Shown in pieces: positions 28,192 to 37,629 of a stretch of DNA of 64,000 nt. A program made the position numbers and the translations under genes. Source of the stretch: Clostridia bacterium (lineage in GTDB: Bacteria > Bacillota > Clostridia > UBA1381 > UMGS1253). Below the pieces are notes generated by a model. That model saw only the letters and a program-made list of their open reading frames with translations. It was not told the DNA's origin and made no database searches. Position 1 is the stretch's first letter, and each line of letters begins with the position of its first letter. The stretch covers positions 9,841-73,840 of the forward strand of contig JAZNLB010000025.1 in NCBI GenBank assembly GCA_045578865.1, in the 5' to 3' direction.

Positions 28192-29529
28192 ATGGCATTT
28201 GAAAGCTTGGGTGAAAAATTAAACGGAATTTTTAAAAAACTGCGCTCCAAGGGTAAAGTTTCGGAGGCAGATATTAAGGCATCCATGCGTGAAATCAAAT
28301 TGGCACTTTTAGAAGCGGATGTAAACTTCAAGGTTGTTAAGGAATTTATAGCACGCGTGACGGAAAAGGCAAACGGATCGCAGGTGCTTGAAAGCCTAAC
28401 GCCCGGTCAGCAGATTATTAAAATTGTTAATGAGGAATTGACGGACTTGATGGGCAGTACTCAGAGTCGCATCAATTTTTCGAGCAAGGGGCCGACAATT
28501 ATTATGCTGGTCGGTTTACAGGGCGCAGGTAAGACAACAACTTGTGCAAAACTTGCCTCTCAGATTAAAAAGCAACACGAAAAAAGACCATTATTGGTTG
28601 CCTGTGATGTATATCGTCCGGCGGCGATTAAGCAACTTGAGGTTGTCGGCGCGCAGGTAGAAATTCCGGTGTTTACCATGGGCGACCAAAAAAGCCCGGT
28701 GGATATATCCAAAGCCGCGATTGAACATGCCGTAAAGCATGGTAATGATCCGGTGATTATCGATACAGCGGGTCGACTGCATATCAATGAAGAATTGATG
28801 AACGAACTGTCCGACATCAAAACGCATGTAAAACCGCATGAGATTTTACTTGTTGTTGATGCTATGACCGGTCAGGATGCGGTCAATGTCGCACAGAGTT
28901 TTAATGAGCAACTAGGCATTGACGGTGTGATTATGACAAAACTCGATGGTGATGCCCGCGGCGGTGCGGCGCTTTCTGTGCGGCATGTGACAGGCAAACC
29001 GATTAAGTATGTCGGCATGGGTGAAAAACTGACGGATTTAGAGCCTTTCTATCCGGACCGTATGGCATCTAGAATACTCGGTATGGGCGATGTGCTTACG
29101 CTTATTGATAAGGCACAGGCGGCGTTTGATGAAAAACAGGCAGAAGAACTAGAAAGAAAACTTGCCAAAGAAGGCATGGATTTGGAAGATTTCTTGGAGC
29201 AGCTTCAGCAAATCAAGAAAATGGGGCCATTGGAACAAGTGGTATCCATGTTGCCGGGGGTGGGCAATAAATTGCCGGCGGGTGTGCAACTTGACGATAA
29301 ACAACTTGCGCGGCCGGAGGCGATTATCCGCTCTATGACACCGAAGGAGAGAAAGAACCCATCCATCATCAATGCCAGTCGCAGACAGCGTATTGCAAAG
29401 GGTGCAGGCGTAAGGGTGCAGGATGTTAACGCACTTTTAAAACAGTTTGAACAGATGCGCCAAATGATGAAACAGTTTAATTCTCCGAAAATGAAAAAGC
29501 GCTTAAAGCGCGGTGGTTTTCCGTTTTAA
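28192..29529 (+). CDS. ffh: signal recognition particle protein Ffh
   Basis: The NG domain (GLQGAGKTTT, DTAGR, TKLDGDARGG) and a Met-rich M domain are present. Confidence 0.97.
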   Translation: MAFESLGEKLNGIFKKLRSKGKVSEADIKASMREIKLALLEADVNFKVVKEFIARVTEKANGSQVLESLTPGQQIIKIVNEELTDLMGSTQSRINFSSKGPTIIMLVGLQGAGKTTTCAKLASQIKKQHEKRPLLVACDVYRPAAIKQLEVVGAQVEIPVFTMGDQKSPVDISKAAIEHAVKHGNDPVIIDTAGRLHINEELMNELSDIKTHVKPHEILLVVDAMTGQDAVNVAQSFNEQLGIDGVIMTKLDGDARGGAALSVRHVTGKPIKYVGMGEKLTDLEPFYPDRMASRILGMGDVLTLIDKAQAAFDEKQAEELERKLAKEGMDLEDFLEQLQQIKKMGPLEQVVSMLPGVGNKLPAGVQLDDKQLARPEAIIRSMTPKERKNPSIINASRRQRIAKGAGVRVQDVNALLKQFEQMRQMMKQFNSPKMKKRLKRGGFPF

Positions 29530-29585
29530 TTTGTTTATTTTAATGCTTTAAAATAAAAACATAATCTTATGTGGAGGTGAAAATA

Positions 29586-29825
29586 ATGGTAAAAATCAGA
29601 CTCAAGAGAATGGGTGCGAAGAAGGCTCCGTTTTACAGAATTGTAGTGGCAGATTCCAGATATCCGCGTGATGGCAGATTCATCGAGGAAGTTGGTACTT
29701 ACAACCCGATGGTTGAACCGGCTGCAATCAATGTTGATGTTGAAAAGGCTAAGACTTGGATTGCAAATGGCGCACAGCCGACAGATACTGTAAAAGGCCT
29801 GCTCAAGAAGGCCAATGTGCTTTAA
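29586..29825 (+). CDS. rpsP: 30S ribosomal protein S16
   Basis: The product begins [35 protein letters not shown] is present. Confidence 0.96.
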   Translation: MVKIRLKRMGAKKAPFYRIVVADSRYPRDGRFIEEVGTYNPMVEPAAINVDVEKAKTWIANGAQPTDTVKGLLKKANVL

Positions 29826-29839
29826 TCGGAGGAACCGAA

Positions 29840-30070
29840 ATGAAAGAAGTATTAGAAGTTTTGGCAAAGTCCTTAGTTGAGTATCCGAATGAAGTTTCCG
29901 TTACGGAAAGAGAAGATGAAAAGGGTATTATACTTGAACTTCATGTAGCAGAAAGTGACATGGGTAAAGTAATCGGTAAGCAAGGCAGAATTGCCAAAGC
30001 AATCAGAACCGTTGTAAAGGCAGCAGCAAGCCGTGAAAATAAGCATGTTGTTGTAGATATTATCGGTTAA
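29840..30070 (+). CDS. khpA: KH-domain RNA-binding protein (YlqC/KhpA)
   Basis: The GKVIGKQGRIAKAIRTVV GxxG KH motif is present. The gene follows rpsP. Confidence 0.9.
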   Translation: MKEVLEVLAKSLVEYPNEVSVTEREDEKGIILELHVAESDMGKVIGKQGRIAKAIRTVVKAAASRENKHVVVDIIG

Positions 30071-30102
30071 AAAACAAGGGTGAATTACACCCTTGTTTTT
30101 TT
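30071..30102 (+). terminator. rho-independent terminator after khpA
   Basis: The stem acaagggtg / cacccttgt is followed by a T7 run. Confidence 0.85.
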
Positions 30103-30161
30103 GTTGGATTATACCGTCTCCTGAATGGACAGGCAATGCCGACGATTACTTTTTAGTATAG

Positions 30162-30212
30162 AAAAAAACCTCCTATGACAGATTATTCGTTCTGCCATAG
30201 GAGGGATCTTTT
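30162..30212. terminator. bidirectional terminator downstream of the flavoprotein gene
   Basis: The stem cctcctatgacaga / tctgccataggagg is flanked by A-run and T-run. Confidence 0.8.
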
Positions 30213-30252
30213 TTTATTGTCTGTTTTTGCGGTCTTGTGCATTTGATATTAT

Positions 30253-30873
30253 CTATCTTATAAAGTTTGTTTTTTGTGGTGCTTCGTAAGTTGGTGCAGT
30301 TACACCGGCTTTTTTGCCGGCTTCAATACAAGCAAGTATCCAGGCCATATTCTGCGCTAAAGTACGCATAGTCTGCATGCCTTCTTTGTCTTGTCTGACC
30401 TCGTCCGGTGTGTTGCCGTGTACCATATTCCAGTATTGGGAGGTAACAATCGGCATAGAGCGGATAGCAAAATATTTGTTTAGTTGGTCAAATGTTGCGG
30501 TTGCGCCGCCGCGTCTGCAGCTTGCAATCGCCGCCGCAGGTTTGTTTTGCACAAGAGTAGAACCTGCATAAAAAGCACGGTCCATAAACGAAGTCAGTGC
30601 GCCCGTTGCACCTGCAAAGTGTACCGGAGAACCAAAGATGAAGCCGTCAGCCTCCTTTGCTTTTTTCAAAAATTCGTTTACAATATCGCCCTGTACGCAT
30701 TTGCCGAGTTTTTTGCACGCACCGCATCCCATGCAGCCGCCAACGGGACTTGAAGCGATGTGTAAAATCTCCGCTTCGATACCTTCTTTTTCCAAAACGC
30801 TTGCTGCTTCGCAAAGCGCAGTGTATGTACAGCCCTTTTCATGTGGGCTGCCGTTGATGAGAAGTACTTTCAT
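30253..30873 (-). CDS. iron-sulfur flavoprotein (NADPH-dependent FMN reductase / Isf-like)
   Basis: MKVLLINGSPHEKGCTY is a flavodoxin-like start. A compact CMGCGACKKLGKC (C-x2-C-x2-C-x5-C) cluster motif is present. AAGAGG RBS lies 4 nt after the upstream stop. Confidence 0.8.
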   Translation of the reverse strand: MKVLLINGSPHEKGCTYTALCEAASVLEKEGIEAEILHIASSPVGGCMGCGACKKLGKCVQGDIVNEFLKKAKEADGFIFGSPVHFAGATGALTSFMDRAFYAGSTLVQNKPAAAIASCRRGGATATFDQLNKYFAIRSMPIVTSQYWNMVHGNTPDEVRQDKEGMQTMRTLAQNMAWILACIEAGKKAGVTAPTYEAPQKTNFIR

Positions 30874-30877
30874 AATC

Positions 30878-33178
30878 TTACCTCTTTTCGACTTTAATTT
30901 CATTTTCTTCTACTGATATATGCACTGTATCGCCGTCCTTTAATTCGCCACGGATATAGAGGGAGGCGAGTGCGTCTTCAACATAGCGGGCAATAACACG
31001 GCGCAGAGGTCTTGCACCGTATTTTGTATCATACCCTTTATCGCAAAGCCATACTTTTGCTTCGTCTGTTACCTGCAAATTTAGATTTTTGGTGTTCAAT
31101 TCCCGTAGAAGCTCGGCAAGTTGAATATCCACAATTTGTAAAATTTCTTCTTTTTTGAGCGGATAGAAGATGATGGTATCGTCTACTCTGTTTAAAAATT
31201 CCGGACGGAATGTATTTTTTAGCGCTGTTGTAACTTTGTTTTCCATAGCCGTTTCTTCGCTTGTAAAGAAGCCGAGTGCACCTTCGTTTAAATTACTACC
31301 GGCATTGGAAGTCATGACAATGATTGTATTTTCAAAGCATACAGTTTTTCCGTGGCTGTCCGTAATGCGACCGTCGTCTAAAATTTGTAAAAGGATATTA
31401 AACACTTCTGGATCCGCTTTTTCGATTTCGTCAAGTAAGATAATTGAGTAGGGTTTTCTGCGGATTTTTTCGGTGAGTTGTCCTGCATCGTCATAGCCGA
31501 CATATCCCGGCGGTGCGCCGATGAGTTTTGCTACGGAATGGCGCTCGGAGTATTCACTCATATCCAGTCGGATAACGGCTTCCTCCGTGTCAAACATCGC
31601 TTCGGCAAGCGCCTTAACAAGCTCGGTTTTACCCACACCCGTCGGACCTACGAAGATAAAGGAAACGGGGCGTTTTTTTCTGGAAAGGCCTGCTCTGCCA
31701 CGACGAATCGCACGGCTGATGGCTTCCACTGCTTTATCCTGTCCGACGATTCTTTCGTGCAGACGGGATTCGAGTTGTAATAATTTTTGCGCCTCTGCCT
31801 CAGAGATGCGTTGCATCGGAATTTTGGTCCAAGCCTCAATTACTGCAGCGATATCGTCTTCAGTAATCGGAATGTTTTCACTTTGTGCCGCAAGCGCATC
31901 AATTTGCTCGTTTAGCTGAAATTCGCGTGCTTTAAGCTCTGCAGCTTTTTGGTAATCATCAATGGAATCTGTAGAAACGGCAGATTCTTTTTCGGTCTGT
32001 ATTTGTACTAGTTCTGCGCGTAAAAGTTCAAGTTTTGCGAGTGCAGTGTTGTTCAAGTTCGCAAGAGCACCAGCTTCGTCGATCAAATCGATCGCCTTGT
32101 CAGGCAGAAAACGCTCTGTGATATAACGCTCTGCGTTGCGTACGGCAAATTCAATGATTTCTCTGGAAATGGATACCTTGTGGTAACTTTCATAGTAATC
32201 TTTGATGCCGTACAGGATTTCTATGCTATCTTCCACGGACGGCTCATCGACGATAACCGTCTGAAAGCGGCGCTCCAATGCGCTGTCCTTTTCAATGTGT
32301 TTTCTGTATTCCGTCAGCGTTGTTGCACCGAGCACCTGAATTTCGCCGCGGGCGAGGGCGGGTTTTAAAATGTTACCTGCGCTCATTGCGCCGTCTGCAT
32401 CGCCTGCGCCGACGATGTTGTGCAGTTCGTCAATGACCAAGATGATGTTGCCAAGTTGCTTTGCTTCTTCGATAAGAGCCTTTAAACGCGACTCGAACTG
32501 ACCGCGAAATTGTGTTCCTGCAACAAGAGCGGTAAAGTCTATTAAATAGACTTCTTTATTGTACATCTTTACCGGTACTTGTTTTTCGTAAATGCGTAGA
32601 GCCAGACCCTCTGCGATGGCAGTTTTGCCGACGCCCGGTTCGCCAAGAAGTACGGGGTTGTTTTTTGTGCGGCGGTTTAAAATCTGTATAACACGGTTGA
32701 TTTCGCAGTCACGACCGATGATGCGGTCTACGCCGCCTTCGGACGCCTTGGCTGATAAATTTGTGCCGTAGGTATCGAGCATCTTTTTCTTTTTTTGCTT
32801 CGGGGCGTCCTTGGTTTGCGTCTGTTTTCCCTCAGCCGGCGGTTTTTGTGCGTCATCATTTTCTTTTTGCATTTTGGGTGCGTCAAAGCCGCCAAACATT
32901 TTAGCGAGTGCATGCATAGGGGAATTGCCTTCCATATCCTCAGGAAACATCGACATAGCGTCTTCACCCTCCATGCCTTCCATCATCGCATTGAGCTCGT
33001 CATTGATTGCGCCGATATCCTCGTCATTAATGCCCATCTGTTCTACGAATTTATTGATTGGCGCAATTCCCATCGCCTTGGCGCAGGCGAGGCATAACCC
33101 TTCATTTGTCTGCTTTTCGCCTTCCAATTTTGTGATGAAAATCACAGCCTGATTTTTATTACATCTGCTGCATAACAT
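30878..33178 (-). CDS. Clp/Hsp100 double-AAA+ ATPase (ClpC/ClpA class) with an atypical ClpX-like C4 zinc-finger N-terminus
   Basis: D1 has Walker A GEPGVGKT and Walker B VIDELH. There is a short coiled-coil middle domain. D2 has GPTGVGKT and LLDEIEKA. A possible ClpP-docking GALGF loop is present. The N-terminus [10 protein letters not shown]...GLCLACA replaces the usual Clp_N repeats. Confidence 0.9.
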   Translation of the reverse strand: MLCSRCNKNQAVIFITKLEGEKQTNEGLCLACAKAMGIAPINKFVEQMGINDEDIGAINDELNAMMEGMEGEDAMSMFPEDMEGNSPMHALAKMFGGFDAPKMQKENDDAQKPPAEGKQTQTKDAPKQKKKKMLDTYGTNLSAKASEGGVDRIIGRDCEINRVIQILNRRTKNNPVLLGEPGVGKTAIAEGLALRIYEKQVPVKMYNKEVYLIDFTALVAGTQFRGQFESRLKALIEEAKQLGNIILVIDELHNIVGAGDADGAMSAGNILKPALARGEIQVLGATTLTEYRKHIEKDSALERRFQTVIVDEPSVEDSIEILYGIKDYYESYHKVSISREIIEFAVRNAERYITERFLPDKAIDLIDEAGALANLNNTALAKLELLRAELVQIQTEKESAVSTDSIDDYQKAAELKAREFQLNEQIDALAAQSENIPITEDDIAAVIEAWTKIPMQRISEAEAQKLLQLESRLHERIVGQDKAVEAISRAIRRGRAGLSRKKRPVSFIFVGPTGVGKTELVKALAEAMFDTEEAVIRLDMSEYSERHSVAKLIGAPPGYVGYDDAGQLTEKIRRKPYSIILLDEIEKADPEVFNILLQILDDGRITDSHGKTVCFENTIIVMTSNAGSNLNEGALGFFTSEETAMENKVTTALKNTFRPEFLNRVDDTIIFYPLKKEEILQIVDIQLAELLRELNTKNLNLQVTDEAKVWLCDKGYDTKYGARPLRRVIARYVEDALASLYIRGELKDGDTVHISVEENEIKVEKR

Positions 33179-33268
33179 AGTTTCTCACTCCTTATTATAC
33201 CGGAGATTATTCTATCATATGAACGGGCGCAAAACAATATTAAATTCGTAATATTAACAAAAAATTAA

Positions 33269-33412
33269 TTACTTTTCAGAATGTTTTTTTATAAATTCAT
33301 CTGCAAAAATCAAGTCATCTATATCTTTGATTTCAGGCTTTGTATTTTTTGTGGTAGTTTTTTTCATTGTGTTTGGATCATCTTTCTTTTGTTTGTTCTT
33401 TTTATCGTCCAC
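33269..33412 (-). CDS. candidate small ORF (47 aa, Lys/Asp/Thr-rich): MDDKKNKQKKDDPNTMKKTTTKNTKPEIKDIDDLIFADEFIKKHSEK
   Basis: It is not in the supplied track because it is under 60 aa. GGAGGTG lies 5 nt before a GTG start. It sits between the sigG terminator and the Clp gene promoter region. Confidence 0.3.
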   Translation of the reverse strand: MDDKKNKQKKDDPNTMKKTTTKNTKPEIKDIDDLIFADEFIKKHSEK

Positions 33413-33448
33413 GGTTTCACCTCCATGTATCAGCATAGGAATGTTTCA

Positions 33449-33476
33449 TAAAAAAGAAGCCTTACGGCTTCGTTTT
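33449..33476 (-). terminator. rho-independent terminator after sigG
   Basis: On the minus strand, gaagcc gtaa ggcttc is followed by a T6 run. Confidence 0.8.
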
Positions 33477-34247
33477 TCACATGTGTTTTCTCATATGTGC
33501 AATCGCACTTTTTTCCAATCTGGATACCTGTGCTTGGCTGATTCCGATTTCATCGGCGACCTCCATTTGTGTTTTACCCTGAAAAAAACGGAGATTTAAA
33601 ATAAATTTTTCCCGGTCACTGAGCTTACGCAGTGCCTCACTTAAATCTATGCGGTCGAGCCACAAATCATCACTGTTTTTCTCATCACGCACCTGATCCA
33701 TGACATAGAGTGCGTCGCCGCCGTCGTGATAAATTGGTTCAAACAATGAAATTGGATCGGCAATCGCATCAAGTGCCAGTAATACATCTTGGGCATCGCA
33801 GTCGAGCGCTTTGGCGATTTTTTCAATACTCGGTTCTTTGCCATCCTCGGCGGTAAGTTTTTCTTTGACTTGCAAGGCTTTGTAAGCGATGTCGCGCAAA
33901 GAGCGGCTGACGCGTATGGTGTTGTTGTCGCGAAGATGCCGACGCACCTCGCCGATAATCATCGGAACGGCATAGGTGGAAAATTTCACCATATAGTCTA
34001 AATTAAAATTGTCGATGGCTTTCATTAGCCCGATACAACCGATTTGAAATAAATCATCCATATTTTCGCCTCGCCCCGCAAAGCGCTGAATGACACTGAG
34101 CACCAATCGCAGATTTCCTTCTATAAACTCTTCTCGAGCAATATGGTCGCCATCTTTGATTTTTTTGAGCAGTTCCAACTTTTTTTCACTGCTTAAATTC
34201 GGCAATTTTGCCGTGTTCACACCGCAGATTTCCACTTTGTTAAACAT
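33477..34247 (-). CDS. sigG: sporulation sigma factor SigG
   Basis: NKVEICGVNTAKLPNL is SigG-like (B. subtilis: NKVEICGVDTSKLPVL). Regions 2 to 4 are conserved. The position after sigE supports the call. The second ATG (34247) has proper spacing from AGGAGG. Confidence 0.9.
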   Translation of the reverse strand: MFNKVEICGVNTAKLPNLSSEKKLELLKKIKDGDHIAREEFIEGNLRLVLSVIQRFAGRGENMDDLFQIGCIGLMKAIDNFNLDYMVKFSTYAVPMIIGEVRRHLRDNNTIRVSRSLRDIAYKALQVKEKLTAEDGKEPSIEKIAKALDCDAQDVLLALDAIADPISLFEPIYHDGGDALYVMDQVRDEKNSDDLWLDRIDLSEALRKLSDREKFILNLRFFQGKTQMEVADEIGISQAQVSRLEKSAIAHMRKHM

Positions 34248-34286
34248 AAGCATCCTCCTGTGTTGTTATGTATACGGTGTGTTTTA

Positions 34287-34316
34287 TATTTTTGACTTTT
34301 CCAAATTAAAATATGC
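34287..34316 (-). promoter_or_regulatory. candidate forespore-type (sigma-F/G) promoter for sigG: GCATA-N15-GTCAAAAATA
   Basis: Read on the minus strand, this approximates the remembered consensus GCATR-N15-GGnnAnAHTR with one mismatch. The -35 overlaps the sigE stop. Confidence 0.4.
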
Positions 34317-35020
34317 TAAGAAAGTTTTAATATTTCTTTTTTTAGTCTTGAAATGATTTTCTTTTCTAATCTGGAAATGTAAGATTGAGAGATCCCCAAC
34401 TGGTCAGCCACTTCCTTTTGTGTCAGTTCATCTGCGCCACCTAGACCGAAACGCATGGTCATAATCTGCTTTTCGCGGTCAGTAAGTTTTCCGATTGCAT
34501 AAAACAAAAGCTGGCGGTCGGTCTCCTCTTCCAAGTTTCTGTTGATGATGTCGCTATCCGTGCCTAAAACATCTGAAAGCAGAAGTTCGTTGCCGTCCCA
34601 GTCGATGTTGAGCGGTTCATCAATGGAGATTTCAGTTTTTTGATTGCTGATTTTGCGAAGATGCATCAGAATTTCATTTTCAATACAACGAGAGGCGTAG
34701 GTTGCCAGCTTTATGTTTTTTGTAGGATTAAATGTGTTTATTGCTTTGATCAATCCAATACTGCCGATGGAAATCAAATCTTCCATACAAACATTGGTAT
34801 TCTCGAATTTGCGTGCAATATACACTACAAGCCGCAGATTTCGCTCAATAAGTGCGTTTTTGATGCACACACTGTCCGGATGTTTTGTCAGTTCATCCAA
34901 AAGATGAGCTTCTTCCTGTGATGTCAATGGCGGCGGAAGAGTTTCCGAAGAGCCGATGTAATAAAGTTCATCTGCGAGTAAGGCGCGTAATTTACACAGA
35001 AATGTTTTTAGAATGTTCAT
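34316..35020 (-). CDS. sigE: sporulation sigma factor SigE (pro-sigma-E)
   Basis: A pro-sequence is followed by [20 protein letters not shown] (B. subtilis: EVYYIGGSEALPPPLSKDEE), then [21 protein letters not shown] lies 5 nt upstream of the ATG at 35020. Confidence 0.93.
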   Translation of the reverse strand: MNILKTFLCKLRALLADELYYIGSSETLPPPLTSQEEAHLLDELTKHPDSVCIKNALIERNLRLVVYIARKFENTNVCMEDLISIGSIGLIKAINTFNPTKNIKLATYASRCIENEILMHLRKISNQKTEISIDEPLNIDWDGNELLLSDVLGTDSDIINRNLEEETDRQLLFYAIGKLTDREKQIMTMRFGLGGADELTQKEVADQLGISQSYISRLEKKIISRLKKEILKLS

Positions 35021-35837
35021 CATATCCTCCTTGAAATAATGCAGGATGCAAAAGTGCACAAAATTGACCATCCGGGCTGAGGCTTGCTTTGGTCATCGCA
35101 AGCATACAACTGCCGGCGCTGCGGCCATCGATGTATATCTTCGGTATATACAAAGCAGGAAGCGTATTGGCTTCACCTGTGAGCGTACGATAGGGAATAT
35201 GGCGTAATGTTTGCATATCTGCTTTAAAGATATCTTCTTGTGCAATGATTACGGGCAGATGCGTAAGCGGGTCAAATAGTGCATTTCCTGTATCCAGCAA
35301 AGCGGACATGCTATAGTTATTTTCGCCTAAAGAGAAGCAAAGCGTATGTAGATTGCTTTTTCTGGCTCCGATATACGATAAAAAGGATTCTAGTCCGCAC
35401 AATAGCGCATAGCCGAGCAAAAACGCTGCAAATACGATGTAAAATGGTACATGCAGATACACAATACCGTTTTTAACCACGACGCCCAGACGAATGCCCA
35501 AGTTTGTCATAAAAAAGAGTACATAACAAATGCCGCCAAGCAGAGCGTGTACGCAGAGAAAAACAATCCAGCAACGAAGCAGGTGTTTTCCGGAGCGAAT
35601 TGGAAAAGCACATAGCATCAAAAGCGTCAATACCACTATAAAAAAGACGGGTTGCCCTAAAAATGCAAGTGCTTTAGTATACACACAGACTGCATAGAGT
35701 GCACCGACGGATGCGGCGAGTGTTCTTCGCCATGTTTTTGTACAGGTATGCAGAATTTTCTCGGTTGTCAGCAGAAGAAACAAATTTGACAAAAAGTTTG
35801 TGATAAATAAAAGGTCAGCATAAACCGTGATTTGCAT
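34992..35837 (-). CDS. spoIIGA: sigma-E processing peptidase SpoIIGA
   Basis: The N-half is polytopic ([13 protein letters not shown]...). The C-domain has the aspartic-protease-like [13 protein letters not shown] motif. The gene is directly upstream of sigE. Confidence 0.87.
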   Translation of the reverse strand: MQITVYADLLFITNFLSNLFLLLTTEKILHTCTKTWRRTLAASVGALYAVCVYTKALAFLGQPVFFIVVLTLLMLCAFPIRSGKHLLRCWIVFLCVHALLGGICYVLFFMTNLGIRLGVVVKNGIVYLHVPFYIVFAAFLLGYALLCGLESFLSYIGARKSNLHTLCFSLGENNYSMSALLDTGNALFDPLTHLPVIIAQEDIFKADMQTLRHIPYRTLTGEANTLPALYIPKIYIDGRSAGSCMLAMTKASLSPDGQFCALLHPALFQGGYDEHSKNISV

Positions 35838-35939
35838 ACGCACACACCTCATGGTTTATTTTAGCGTGGTTTTCATGTGGATTATGTAGAAAAAACGAAG
35901 GGGAAGAAAGATTGAATTGACATAAATGGCGATAATAAA

Positions 35940-35972
35940 ACAAAAAACGGACAACGCAATGCGTTGTCCGTT
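35940..35972 (-). terminator. rho-independent terminator after the LUD-domain gene
   Basis: The stem aacggacaacgc / gcgttgtccgtt has a T-run on the minus strand. Confidence 0.85.
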
Positions 35973-35981
35973 ACTTTATGC

Positions 35982-36626
35982 TTAATAGCCAAGGTCCTCA
36001 TTAATCAAAATAAGCTTAATTCTGTTTTTTGTGCGTTGTCGTGCACAGATGACATAGTCTGCACAGATACGACCATCTGAGTTGCAGCCGTCTGTAATAT
36101 TGCAGTTTGGATGGTCAACGGCATAGCAATGTCCGGTCCTTGCACAGTATGTATCCCGGCAGAGGCGCTTGGCGTTTTTTGGCGCTGCTATCGTTTTTAC
36201 ACGCAGATGCGCCGCCTCAATATCAGGGACAATCTTGTTTTTGCCCACAAGTAAAATCACGGAGGACGGACCGAATAAAATCGGCGCTACGCGGTTTGCA
36301 TTGCCGTCCACATTGAAAATTTCACCGTTTTCTGTTACGGCATTGGCGCTTGCGATATACACATCAGCCGTCAGCGCACGCAAAAACACTTCATGAACAC
36401 CCTTAGCATCCAATGCGGGGTCGAATCGGTCAAGATAGCTATAGTCACCGCTTTTGAGCATATCCGGCACACCGCATTCGGTGAGTGTAACTGAGCCGCC
36501 TAAGGAGACCGTGCAACCGGCAGGTAAAAGCGATTTTAAAATTTCAACTGCTTCCGTTTTGTCTGCCACGGTAAATACTTGCATGTTATTGTTTTCTAAT
36601 GCTTTTTTTACTTTTGTAAAATCCAT
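35982..36626 (-). CDS. LUD (lactate-utilization, YkgG/LutC-like, DUF162) domain protein with a Cys-rich C-terminus
   Basis: SLGGSVTLTECGV and ASANAVTENGEIFNVDGNANR are typical of LUD domains. The C-terminal segment is CRDTYCARTGHCYAVDHPNCNITDGCNSDGRICADYVIC. Confidence 0.72.
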   Translation of the reverse strand: MDFTKVKKALENNNMQVFTVADKTEAVEILKSLLPAGCTVSLGGSVTLTECGVPDMLKSGDYSYLDRFDPALDAKGVHEVFLRALTADVYIASANAVTENGEIFNVDGNANRVAPILFGPSSVILLVGKNKIVPDIEAAHLRVKTIAAPKNAKRLCRDTYCARTGHCYAVDHPNCNITDGCNSDGRICADYVICARQRTKNRIKLILINEDLGY

Positions 36627-36693
36627 AATTTTCACCTCTTACTTTACAGTATAAACGAAATCGGATAATTTTGCAAGAATATCCCTGAAATAC

Positions 36694-36723
36694 TTGACAT
36701 AAAACGCTTTTAAGGTGTAAAAT
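36694..36723 (+). promoter_or_regulatory. sigma-A promoter for the nfnAB-like operon (TTGACA-N18-TAAAAT)
   Basis: Read directly from the sequence. Confidence 0.55.
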
Positions 36724-36774
36724 ATTTGTATTATTTTATTATACGGAATGCTTTATGGCATCCGTTAGAAAAGG

Positions 36775-37626
36775 ATGAATGATATGTTTTTGATTAAGAG
36801 AAAGGAAAGGCTGAACCCGACGGTTTCTTTAATGGAAATTGAAGCGCCGCTTGTAGCACGGAAGGCGCAGGCGGGTCAGTTTATTATTTTGCGTGTAGAC
36901 GATGAGGGTGAGCGTATTCCGTTGACAGTTTCCGATTATGACCGCGAAGCGGGTACGGTTACCATTATTTATCAGATTGTCGGCGCAACGACCAAGAAAC
37001 TCGATGCTAAAAATGCGGGCGAGTATATTGCTGATTTTGTAGGTCCGCTCGGTACGGCTTCGCACACGGAAGGGCTTAAAAAGGTTGCGGTTATCGGTGG
37101 CGGTGTCGGTTGTGCAATTGCCTATCCTATTGCCAAAAAACTGCACGCACAGGGTGCAATCGTACATTCGATTGTCGGCTTCAGAAATCAGGAGCTGGTG
37201 ATTTTGGAAGAGCAATTTAATGAGGTTAGCGATTTGCTTAAGATTATGACCGATGACGGTTCTTACGGTGAAAAAGGTCTGGTTACAGATGCTTTAAAAG
37301 CACTTATTGACAGCGGTGAGCAGTATGATGAAGTGATTGCAATCGGTCCGCTGATTATGATGAAGTTTGTATGTAAACTCACAAAAGAGTACGGTATCAA
37401 GACGGTTGTTAGCATGAACCCGATTATGATTGATGGTACGGGTATGTGCGGCGGTTGCCGTTTGACCGTGGGCGGTGAAACAAAGTTTGCCTGCGTAGAC
37501 GGCCCGGACTTTGACGGTCATCTTGTAGATTTTGATGAAACGATGCGAAGAGCGGCGATGTATAAGTCGTTTGAAAAGCATCAGTATGAAGAAACATGTA
37601 ATTTATTAAATAAGGAGGTGCAGTAA
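36775..37626 (+). CDS. nfnA: sulfide/dihydroorotate dehydrogenase-like FAD/NAD-binding subunit (NfnA-like)
   Basis: It has an FNR-like fold (RIPLTVSDY, GGGVGCA) and a C-terminal 2Fe-2S motif CGGCRLTVGGETKFACVDGP. It is paired with a GltD-like subunit. Confidence 0.85.
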   Translation: MNDMFLIKRKERLNPTVSLMEIEAPLVARKAQAGQFIILRVDDEGERIPLTVSDYDREAGTVTIIYQIVGATTKKLDAKNAGEYIADFVGPLGTASHTEGLKKVAVIGGGVGCAIAYPIAKKLHAQGAIVHSIVGFRNQELVILEEQFNEVSDLLKIMTDDGSYGEKGLVTDALKALIDSGEQYDEVIAIGPLIMMKFVCKLTKEYGIKTVVSMNPIMIDGTGMCGGCRLTVGGETKFACVDGPDFDGHLVDFDETMRRAAMYKSFEKHQYEETCNLLNKEVQ

Positions 37627-37629
37627 GCG

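Noticed and set aside
33327-33599. 90-aa plus-strand ORF overlapping the sigG 3' end and terminator.
   Set aside because: It is antisense to sigG and to the minus-strand small ORF. The Phe/Val-rich product derives from poly-A/T tracts, and there is no RBS.
35853-35940. Spo0A boxes and the long-spacer sigma-A promoter expected upstream of spoIIGA.
   Set aside because: Only partial matches are present (TGTCAAT against TGTCGAA, and CATAAT as a possible -10). This is too weak to call without a position weight matrix or comparative data.
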